This document shows, in pieces, positions 35,844 to 45,806 of a DNA stretch of 64,000 bases. Both the position numbers and the translations under genes were made by a program. Under the pieces are notes generated by a model. The model searched no databases, had not been told where the DNA came from, and saw only the letters and a program-made list of their open reading frames with translations. The stretch lies in assembly GCA_004022145.1 (NCBI GenBank), contig RCNU01000002.1; one strand, given 5' to 3'. The stretch is from Paecilomyces variotii (taxonomy: Eukaryota). Each line of letters opens with the position of its first letter. Position 1 is the stretch's first letter.

Positions 35844-36456
35844 TTCAGGATCATGCGAGTGTGTATGTGTGTTCTGATTGTTAGATCACGTCGGACGACG
35901 GGACCCAAATTTTAAACCCGAGGAAGGACATCTCACTAGGGAAGACGAGGAAAATATCACATGAGGTCTACGTATTATGTTGGGTGTTGGTGCCGTTTCG
36001 TTGGGCGTCGTCGCAATGTACAGAGAGGTAGCCGACCCTCGGTCAACAGAAGATTCCACGCCGCAAGGGGTACATTATTCCCAACGCCCCAACATATACT
36101 ACGGTGCTTGAAATCATACGAATGGTACAGTCGACATGTCAGCTTCCATCAGTGATTATTAATAATATAGAGTAACTACTGCGTGCCGCTTGGCTGTGTT
36201 ATTTGTTCAAGCGATTACAGTGTCTACCAAAAACAGGAAATTTTTTTCAAATTAAGTTGTCGATACTAATGCTTTCTCAAGGGCTAGGGACTTGGAGATG
36301 AAGAAGCTTGAATTCTCTATCTATCTAGCTACTATGCGTGTAAAACCCTAACCGAATGCAGAAGGAGGTAGGCGATTGCCTACTAGGTCCCTAGGGACCG
36401 AAAATGCTTCAAATGAGAGTCAGGCTGCCTTAAGAGAGGTCTCCCAGTAGGCATGC

Positions 36457-37555
36457 TTACCCAACATACACCAACGTCTGCAGAATCTCAAGAAACTTTT
36501 GCTCTTCCTCAATGACGTGGTTGCCTTCCAGCGGTGGGCTCGGATAGAGTGCCTCCAAGGGAGTCTCGCGAATGCGAATAGTGACAGGCTGCTCGGTCGA
36601 CTCCCCCGGTGCTGCCACTACCTCGACAATATTACCCTCACCGAACTGCGGTTCGGTCATAATCTTGAATGTTTCCTCGGCGGCTTGTTCGGCGGTAAGG
36701 CGGATGCTGTAGCAGTATGTTGTTAGCTCGCGGCGGTCGACTGAACAGAGCGGAGTTCAAACGTACTCTGTGGGCAGAAGCTGGCCTCTGCAGTAATCGG
36801 CATCGAAAATTGGCGTCTATGCAAGATCTATAGATTAGTATGGAAAGGTAAAAGTAGAGGAATTGGAAGCTCGCCTTGACTGGTCCCAGGCAAACAGCAG
36901 CGTTGCGGATGCCAAACATCCTCCTCAGCGGGCCGAGACACTTGACCATGCTATTCACGGCCGCCTTGCTACTAAAGTACAGCGGCGACTGCATCAGGTG
37001 AACATATCCGCAGACGCTTGACAGCCATACCAGGTTTCCGTCAAAGTTCATCTCGGCGTCGGGGTGGTAGAACCAGTAGTTGAGGGCGATCTGTGCCAGC
37101 CGAATGGGCCCCATAGCGTTGACAGCATGGGTCTGGTACACGCCGGGGTTGCAGTCCACCTTGTCCCTCGCCGCTGGAGACACGCCGGGGGGCTGCCAAA
37201 AGGTGCTAGAGGGCGGCTCGTAGATAGCAGCGCCGTTGACCACGATATTTACCGTGCCGTATGTCTCGATCGCCTTGTCAAACAGCGCCTGAAGTTGGGC
37301 CCAGTCCGATACATCGGTCTGCTGGAATATGGCGGACGCCTTCCCGTTAATGCCAGGTACGGTACTGGCATCTTGTAGTGTCTTCTCGGCCTCCGGTCGT
37401 AGAGTGAGGTCGGCCATAACGACCGAGCAGCCCTCCTGCAACAGAATCTTGGTCAGGGCATGGCTGATGCCGGAGCCCGCGCCCGTCACGATGGCAACCT
37501 TGCCTTTGACACTGTACGCCGTGGGGGGGTGGTCTTGCGTTGGCTTTTTGTCCAT
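36457..37555 (-). CDS. Short-chain dehydrogenase/reductase (two introns; 3' end uncertain)
   Basis: KVAIVTGAGSGI Rossmann motif, TDVSDW, VVNGAAIYEP, catalytic YFSSK; introns 36817-36874 and about 36708-36765 give GPVK-TPIF..PTD-IRLT..EPQFGEGNIVE. Confidence 0.85.
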
Positions 37556-37727
37556 TTGGGGCTGTATCAAAGAAATGGATCAGTGAATGGACAAGCCGGA
37601 GGCAAATCGGGTAGCCGTACAGTAGCTGGTTCACTTTCGAAAAAGCAATGGATTCACTGCACTAGATAGCTGCATCTATCTCTCTTTTGTGGTTCCTCTG
37701 ACATTTCTATCCCTCTTGCAGATGAAC

Positions 37728-37789
37728 CCTCCGATAGAAGCCCCCGATAGAAGCCTCCGATAGAAGCCTCCGATAGAAGCCTCCGACAG
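37728..37789. repeat. 13-bp tandem repeat (CCTCCGATAGAAG) about 4.8 copies in the SDR/BVMO divergent promoter
   Basis: Read directly: cctccgatagaag cccccgatagaag cctccgatagaag cctccgatagaag cctccgacag. Confidence 0.9.
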
Positions 37790-38034
37790 TGGAAGGTTAT
37801 CGGAATGCGGAACTGGTACGCTCGAACAAATTTCCCACCAACACAGCAAGAGGTAGATAGATAATGGGCACAGAAACCCTTTGATGTAAAGAACTTACGG
37901 AGTAGGTGTCCGATCAACCTCCCGAGCTTTACATATCAGTCCACTGCAAACCGACTGTGGGTAATTGCAGCTCCCCTAATCCCTCATCCCGCAAGGACGT
38001 TACAATCAAGGGCTACTATTCAAAGTTGCTCCAT

Positions 38035-38056
38035 CTCTTCTTCTTCTTCTTCTTCT

Positions 38057-38088
<32 letters not shown>
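38035..38088. repeat. Compound microsatellite (CTT)n(CT)n just upstream of the BVMO start
   Basis: Read directly from sequence. Confidence 0.9.
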
Positions 38089-38093
<5 letters not shown>

Positions 38094-38107
38094 CACTTTG
38101 TGCAAGC

Positions 38108-40117
38108 ATGGTTCGATCTCCCAAGAGCGTGTCAGAGACCTGTGATCCCAGCCCCGTCCGGCAGGAACAAATTCATCGAAAGTATGCTGAGGAGAGGTCA
38201 AAACGACTGCGGGCCGAAGGTGTTGGTCAATATGTGAACCTCAACACCACTGATGACCTGCGGTTGAAACGGTTCTTACATGATCCGTGGGATCAGCGCG
38301 CTGAATCCCCAATCCGGCTCCAACCAGGTGCTCGATACAAGATAGCCATCATGGGCGCGGGATATGGAGGGCTACTATATGCCACACGGTTGCTCGACTC
38401 CGACGCCGGCTTGGAACCCCAAGACCTAGTCATCATTGATACTGCGGCTGGATTTGGAGGGACTTGGTACTGGAACCGCTACCCTGGGCTCATGTGCGAT
38501 ACCGAGAGTTACATCTACATGCCCCTGCTGGAAGAGACCGGCTACATTCCCAAACATAAGTACTCATACGGAGAAGAGTTGCGGGAGCACGCCGAGAGAA
38601 TCGCCAAGCAGTGGAAAATCGACGACCGGGCTATTTTTAGAACTGAGCTGCATCGGTGTACATGGAATGATGACCGCTCCGAATGGATTGTCGATCTGAC
38701 ACAGCGGTCACCTTCCCCCGATGGCGTATCCACGAGCGGCACAATCTCCGCGGGCTTTGTGATACTCTCCCCGGGCTTGCTAAATAGGCCAAAGCTTCCC
38801 AGAATACCTGGCCTAGGGACATTCAACGGACCAAACTTCCTCGCCGCCAGGTGGGACTACGCCGCAACCGGAGGCAGCCCATCGCGTCAAGAGCTCGACC
38901 AGCTGCAGGATAAGAAGGTGGGCATCGTAGGGACCGGAGCCACTGCCGTGCAGATAGTACCCGTGCTAGCCAAATGGTGCAACCAACTTTACGTCTTCCA
39001 GAGAACCCCCGCGTCGGTGGACGTGCGTGGCCAGCGACAGACGGAACTGGATGAGTGGGCGTACAAGATACGGACTGGTCCAGGTTGGCAACAGACCCGA
39101 CGTCGCAACTTCCTGGCGTTTGGAGCCAACACCGAGCCCAGCGAGCCGGTCGACATGGTATCGGACGGATGGACTCGCTTTCCATCCTACTGCGTCCTGA
39201 CCGGATGTCCCGCCGCAATGAACGTGACCATGGAGACAGCCACGGAGTACATCTCCGAGATGCATCGACTTGACCTCATTCGGTCTGATATAATCCGCGA
39301 ACGGGTCAGCGCCGTCGTTAAAGACGAGATCACGGCTGCGAAGCTCAAGGCCTGGTACCCGGGCTGGTGTAAACGGCCCACGTTCCACGACGAGTACTTG
39401 GAGGCGTTTAACAGACCCAACGTGCACCTCATCGATACAGACGGCCGGGGTCTAGACCGTATCGTTGACACCGGGATAATAGCAAATGGGAAGATGCACG
39501 ACTTAGACCTCATTGTGTTCTCAACTGGCTTTGAGGCCGGCACGTTTGGCAGTCCTGCGCAGCGCTGCGGCGCGCAGGTCTTTGGTCGCGGAGGCAGGTC
39601 AATGGATGCCAAATGGGCGGACCCAAGAACTGCGGATAGTCAGATATCTCTAACGGTGCATGGAATATGTGCCAGGGACTTCCCCAATATGTTTTTCACC
39701 AGCAGCAATCAGGCCGGGATTGCTTCTGTCTTCACACCCACATTGGATGCCTTCTCGAAACACGCAGCCTTTATCATATCAAAGAGCCTGAAAAGGCTAA
39801 AGGATACAAGAAGAGAGGGTGATTCATCGATTGAGCACACAGTTGTTGTGGAGCCCACATCCGAAGCTGAAACCGTTTGGGCTAACCGCGTGCTCTCGGC
39901 CGCTGCTTCACTGGCACCCATAGGGGGATGCACCCCTTCATACTTCAATGCCGAGTCCAAAATAGACAGCATGCCAATACACGACCAAATCAAGGCTGCG
40001 GCAACAACACGATGGCCCGCCGGACTCAATGACTTTGTTCTTCAATTGGAAGGCCTATGGAGCGCCAACGACGACAGTGACTTTGATATAAATATTGTTC
40101 GAAAGGGCCTAGATTAG
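38108..40117 (+). CDS. FAD/NADPH-dependent monooxygenase, Baeyer-Villiger (type I BVMO) family, intronless 669 aa
   Basis: GAGYGG (FAD), GGTWYWNRYPG, variant fingerprint FNGPNFLAARWD, GTGATAVQ (NADPH), FQRTP, WCKRP (catalytic Arg), STGF, CTPSYFN. Confidence 0.93.
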   Translation: MVRSPKSVSETCDPSPVRQEQIHRKYAEERSKRLRAEGVGQYVNLNTTDDLRLKRFLHDPWDQRAESPIRLQPGARYKIAIMGAGYGGLLYATRLLDSDAGLEPQDLVIIDTAAGFGGTWYWNRYPGLMCDTESYIYMPLLEETGYIPKHKYSYGEELREHAERIAKQWKIDDRAIFRTELHRCTWNDDRSEWIVDLTQRSPSPDGVSTSGTISAGFVILSPGLLNRPKLPRIPGLGTFNGPNFLAARWDYAATGGSPSRQELDQLQDKKVGIVGTGATAVQIVPVLAKWCNQLYVFQRTPASVDVRGQRQTELDEWAYKIRTGPGWQQTRRRNFLAFGANTEPSEPVDMVSDGWTRFPSYCVLTGCPAAMNVTMETATEYISEMHRLDLIRSDIIRERVSAVVKDEITAAKLKAWYPGWCKRPTFHDEYLEAFNRPNVHLIDTDGRGLDRIVDTGIIANGKMHDLDLIVFSTGFEAGTFGSPAQRCGAQVFGRGGRSMDAKWADPRTADSQISLTVHGICARDFPNMFFTSSNQAGIASVFTPTLDAFSKHAAFIISKSLKRLKDTRREGDSSIEHTVVVEPTSEAETVWANRVLSAAASLAPIGGCTPSYFNAESKIDSMPIHDQIKAAATTRWPAGLNDFVLQLEGLWSANDDSDFDINIVRKGLD

Positions 40118-41688
40118 CTGGTAATTTGGCCAGATTAGCATTGATAGCAGTAGAACTGTAAAAGGAGCTTGAATAGCGCAGTATTAGTCGGGTTGTAAAG
40201 GAAGCGGTGAGAAGCTTGCTTAATTGAATCTAGGAGCTAGGCAAGGCCTATATAGGGTCACCTGCATCACGTGACACTAGTAAACAGGGCGCCCAAACAG
40301 GGGCCACCGGAGGGGGTCTCTAACAGTAGCCTGCTAGTGACACCAGGTACGGAGTATTGAATGACAGTTAGACTGGAGAGTCTACTCTATAAGAGTATCG
40401 TGATATATTATATTATCGTGACAAGACGGCCGGAAGGAGAAAGCAAGACTCCCCAAACAGGCAATGCAGCCTCCGATCGCAGCACCGACTGCGTCATGAT
40501 GACTAAATTCTCCATCTCCTGCGATTCGTCCGCGCGTCTGCCAAAAGACCTCTGAAGTACCGACTTCAGTCGTTCTTCCTCGGATACCAATTCCTGAGTC
40601 TCCTGGATTGACGCTCTTTCAGTTCCTGACCTCTGGTTAATACCGTACCGCTGCAGAGGTTGGATCCTTGTTGTGGAAACTCGTCCTGCCTCCGTCTCCC
40701 CAGTCTAGTGTAGAGAATACGGCGCAATGGTGTTCATTCCTATCTTCCCCATCTGCTTCCAGTGCGGTACCGATCAGAACCCTTGTCACTGCAAGGTAGT
40801 CGGTCCTACCTGCGGTATGTTAACCGGTCCCCTTTCAATTGACGTGAAGGAGCAACGTGGTAAACTGATGTAAATGGACATGTGCTAATTCGTCTCCTTC
40901 AGGTTTCATTGCTTGCGTTCTGGCTGCTGTATGTGGGCTCCTTCTAACAGATCAGATATCGAGACATTCTATGAGCGGTTGATTGACTTGATAATGTTAG
41001 ATTGTATGCTGGCCGGCTTCTCTCTTCTGTGGTTGTTGCGCAACCCAAACTGGAAATGAGTAAGTCTATCTATTTTCAGCATGATAATATACTTGCCAGA
41101 GATTCTGGTGAAAGCCCGAGAACCAATTTCTGTCCCTTTCCAGTGCTGGATCTCAAAGAGGTGGTTCGATAAGAAACAAGTAGTTAACTGTATACAGCAT
41201 GCTCGGATTCCCCGTCAAATTGAACGCAGAAGTCAGCAATACAATCCCATTCTAAGTGCATTGGATATGCGAAGCGCATCGGGGATGCTACAACATCAAG
41301 TTTATGTATGATGGAATATTTCTTTTAGGCGTTTTGGACAGGATGTGAAGTCCCCGTTGTTCTTTGATGGGGAGTACCCCCTCTGCGTTGGTGATTGTGA
41401 TGGGTAGCTCCTAGTTCATCCACTCGTAACATCAGCAGCTCGAATATGAAATTATAACATGATCTCACACACGCATGCCCTTTCCACACGTATTTCCCAA
41501 GTCTCTTTCACAGACGCACTAACCAACCAACCACCCAGCCTCCTATCTCTTCTTCTTCTTCCTCCTCCTCCTCCTTCTTCTCCTATCCTCATCAACCTCT
41601 TTCTCAAGCAACCCCTCTAGACACTTACACAAGAATCTCAACCACCGAGGAATCAAAACCAAATACGAATCGCAAAGCAAAGTCCAAA

Positions 41689-42057
41689 ATGGCAACCTCC
41701 ACCCCCAACTCAAAGACTCCCACCACCACCACCACTCCAGCTGCAACTCCAACTCCAGCCACAGCATCTCCTCCTCGCAGCACACCACCATCCTCAACCC
41801 AAAGCACAATCACACTCTTCACCCAACTCAAAACAGTCGCCGAATCCGGCTGCAAAATCCACCCAGACTTCTACTACAACTACACCGGCTACGCCGAACA
41901 CACTCTCCAATTCAGCATAACCCAATACGCCCTCCTCACAGGCGGACAACAAGAACGACCTGATCTCGAATGGGAGCGCGCAAGCCAAATCTATCTCGCA
42001 AGAAAAAACATCCCCCATGAACTGGTCACGTTGCCATTAAGTGATGTGAGGGCGAAT

Positions 42058-42089
<32 letters not shown>

Positions 42090-42255
42090 GGCTGCGGGGC
42101 CAGGAAGAGGAGCGAATGATTCGAAGAAGAATAAATATATCATGGCTGGTGTTCCGAGGGTTTCGAGGGAAGAGGTTGTCCCCGAGGGGAATGTCTCTGG
42201 GAAGGTGTTGATTACGAATGCAGATAAGGGGAAGCCGGTTTATTATGTGCCTTAG
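41689..42255 (+). CDS. Hypothetical protein (188 aa, Thr/Pro-rich N-terminus, poly-Ala)
   Basis: ATG in CAAAATGG context after a C/T-rich leader; central part has ordinary globular composition; no family recognised. Confidence 0.45.
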
Positions 42256-42531
42256 GGCATTATCATGAAGTGGTACGTGGATTTTAAATGTGTGTTGAGG
42301 GGGCAGGAAGGGGGGGGGGACTTTTTGTCTGGTCTCCTTGATGATTGATTGATTGATTGATTGCTTTCCTTCCGTCTGCGCAATGATTGCTTACTGAGGA
42401 ATTGGTGGGGTTTGAACAGGTCTTGTCTTTTATCACGATACGCGAGCTTGAGGAGCTTCGTACGAAACACAGCATTTGATGCGGACGGTTTGAATGGTGG
42501 TTCTTGACTTTGGTTGGACATTGGCGAGTTG

Positions 42532-42572
42532 GGGGAGTTGGGGGGGGGGGGGGGGGGGGGGGGGGGGAGGGG
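42532..42572. repeat. Poly-G tract
   Basis: Run of about 28 G with adjacent shorter G runs. Confidence 0.9.
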
Positions 42573-43266
42573 GTTGGAATGAAAATGGTTTTTGAAAGAG
42601 CAAGACCCTGTCACCTCTTCCTGTCTATGTCTTTCTAAGGATATCTCACCCCGGGTGCACTTGGTTCTCTGGCCTCCCTACTCAGTTTGAACTACTGTTC
42701 TCTTTTATTCTCATGCGGCGTGTCAACAGAATACATAGACGGACGGGATTGAGACATCTTAATTTCATTTCGGGAAATTCAGAAAGGTTTACAGCGTATG
42801 GAAATTCTTAAGAGTATGGAGAGTTTTCATTCATCCTTACCCGAACAGGATACTGAGAAGTGACATGGTGCCCATCGTAATGAAAAAAGAGACAGCTAGC
42901 CAAACCGATACAAACGCTGTACACGGCGACGGAAGAATTGTAGAGAAGAGTGATAGGGAATCAAGAAAACACAACCAGACCGTAGAAAATCAAAGACAAC
43001 GGGCGAGCCCGGAAACAAGCCATGTACGGCGAATCGACTGTGAGCATAACAAGAAGACAAATGTCGGCACTGGGATGCGATGGATAAGTTAATCCATTAT
43101 TAATTCTGTGCCATTCGCATAAAACAACAAAACTTCATTCCGTAAGACGTAACATAACGATCCAACTGTGCTCCAGCTGCCCGTACGCACGGTGCCAATA
43201 CGGGATGATCTGAGGAATTACTCATATTGACGGCTGCTGGATCGTTCGAGAGCCAAAGGCACTAGT

Positions 43267-45806
43267 TTATTTGAACTTCTCCTTCAGCTTCTTGAAGAAT
43301 CCACTGGAACGCTTCTTCTTCTTAGGTTCCTCTCTCAAGGTTTCCTTCAGGGTAGGGTTCTGCGAAGTCGATGCGCCCGCACCAGATTCCCCTCTCAAGG
43401 TTTCCTTCGGGGTAGGCTTCTGCGAAGTAGATGCGCCCGCACCAGTGTCCCCTCTCAAGGTTTCCTTCAAAGTAGGGTCCTGCGATGTCGATGGGCCGGC
43501 ACCGGCGACTCCCTTCCCTTCGGAAACCTCTGTCGTCTTGGCCGTAGCGACACCCGTGGTCACCGTGGGTTCCGAAGGTCCAGGCACCGGACTCGTCTGA
43601 GGGGCCACCTTGGCGGACTCTGGCTGAGTCGTTGCAACAGCAGTCGAGGCCGGAGCTGCAGACTCGGACTTAGTTGTAATAGCAGTCGGGGCTGGAGCTG
43701 CCACTGCGCTGGCTGCTGACAACGTGGGCGCAGGCTCCCCGAAAGCATCATTCGGCTTCACCTTCTGCTTGATTTCATCTTCGATTTCCTTCTTCTCTTC
43801 CACTGCTTGGATGCTCGCAGCAGCTTCAGGGGGTTCGTGAGCTTCCTGCAGAGACTTCTTCACGACGCCAGGCACGTCGCCAGCGGGTTCCCTTCCGTAC
43901 GTTGGGGCTGGTGCTCCCACGGATTCATCAGGCGGAACCTTGTTGCGAAGCTCGTCTTCGAATATCTGCTTTTCCCTCACAGCTTCTGCACTGGCTGCCG
44001 CCTCAGGACCCTCATGAGCTTCCTTCAGAGATTCCTGAACGACACCAGGCACTCCGCTGGCCGCACTGGCCGCGATCGACCCATTTGTTGGGGCCGGCGT
44101 TCCCGTGGAGTCGTCGGGCTTGACTTTATGCGTGAGCTCATCTTCAAATGCCTTCTTCTCCTGAACCGCTCCAGGACTGGCCGCTGCTTCAGGGTCTTCA
44201 TGGGCCTCCTTCAAAGAGTCTTTCACAACATCAGGAACGCCGCTAGCAGGCTCCTTGCCATTGGTATCTACGCCGCGCGTGAATGGAACCGCTGCCGCAA
44301 GGGCTGCTGTGGTCGCTACAGAGGCAGCTGACGAAATAGGCAGACCAGTGTCTGTCGTGGACGGCGTGTCCATTGGAAGACTGGACTCTGGGATCATGTT
44401 GTTCGATACCGGGGGAACACTAAAAGCATCGGCTTTGGCACCCTCGCCTTCAGGGACCAGGCCAGGTACCACAGGAGCACTAGCATCTGCTTCATAGCCA
44501 GCCTTGTCCGTCCTGACCGTCGACTCAATAGTGTTGGCATGGAGGGAGCTAGGGTCTGGGACCTTCTGTCCGGGCTTCAATTGCACGGGGTTTCCAATGC
44601 CGTTCGAAGCGGGGATAGGATTCACAGATACCTGATTCGCCTCGTTTGCGGGCGTCTCCGGGAAAGAGCCGGGCAAGACCTCACCGTTCTTCTCCAACGG
44701 GACATCCTTGGCAAGCTCAGCTGTGGTCGATCCAGGCGCAGCAGAAGAGATCGTGGCCGCTGCGAAGTCTGCTTGCTCCTCGGATTCCTTGGGGACACTG
44801 GCGGCTAGCGCAGCAGTTGTTGAGTCGGGAGTAACGCCAGCCATCACTGATGCGACTGGCGTCGTCTGGTCGGTCAGCGGGATGAAAGCTTGCGCTGGTG
44901 TCTTGGTGATTTCCTCCGGGAGAAGGACGTTGTTGGTGTTGTAACTGCCGTCGTCTTCCTCTCGAGCGTTGGGATCGGTGGTCCAAGAGCCGTCCACAAC
45001 AAACTGCAGGGGAAAGTAAAGTTAGCAGGAAAGAAGTCAAAGAAGTCAAAGCAGATAGATAAACTATGGTAAATTCCAGCAAAGATGGGCTGAGCATGCG
45101 CTAAAACCCCCCGTCGCGAGCCGCCCTGGAGGGGGGCGGTTGACGTGACGTCAGTACTTATGGTTTGCGAACGCCGCCTGCTGGAGAGACTTCAATCAAG
45201 CTGTCAGCGCTGCCAAACCGGACGGCCAATTGTCGCGAGATTAGCGCGCATTGTTGCCTATCATCCTGCTCTAAGCTCGTAATTGGGATGCCTGGGAAGA
45301 GTAAATGGCGCGGCCACCTCAGGCACGCGGCCAATTTCCCCTCACTTGCGCCGCCAGGTCAAGCCAGCCGTTCCGCCTCCCACACAGGATTATACTTCTC
45401 AAACGGATAATATAAAAGGTACAAAAAAAAAATAAATAGAGGATGGCGTTCTGGTCGACCTACCTTGTATTGGATCTTCTCATCGGCCGTGGGCAGATGG
45501 ACTTCCTTTTCAAATACTGAGCCCTTCTTGTCCAGCTGCACCGTCTTCCCCCAGTCATCGAAGGTACCCGTCACGAACACCTCGTCCGCCTCATACGGCC
45601 TAGAAACCACGCCAGCAAGTGTCAGCTCAGAATCTCATCGCACGGTGGCGGCCACTGGGAGTACCCCGGATGATCCGGTTGGAATGCGAGCTCGCAAGCT
45701 GAGGTCAGCTCAATCAATTCTTGCGCGCTTGCGAGTCCAGGCAGCCGCGATGGTCCATGATGATGATGATGGTGCCCACATACCATCGAAAGATATAGGT
45801 CCCCAT
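43267..45806 (-). CDS. CBM48/AMPK-beta-type glycogen-binding domain protein (Mdg1/Crp1-like) with repetitive C-terminal region
   Basis: Exons MGTYIFRW / PYEADEVFVTGTFDDWGKTVQL..KIQYK / FVVDGSWTTD..NTNNVL form the CBM48 fold; introns about 45600-45783 and 45005-45463; basic C-terminus SGFFKKLKEKFK. Confidence 0.85.

Noticed and set aside
37728-37789. CRISPR-like array
   Set aside because: Head-to-tail 13-bp repeats without spacers, eukaryotic context, no cas genes.
17382-40117. Calling this a cytochalasan (ccs/che) or pseurotin cluster
   Set aside because: No alpha/beta-hydrolase, Diels-Alderase, second P450, stand-alone methyltransferase or GST is visible; the desaturase and SDR are not part of those clusters.
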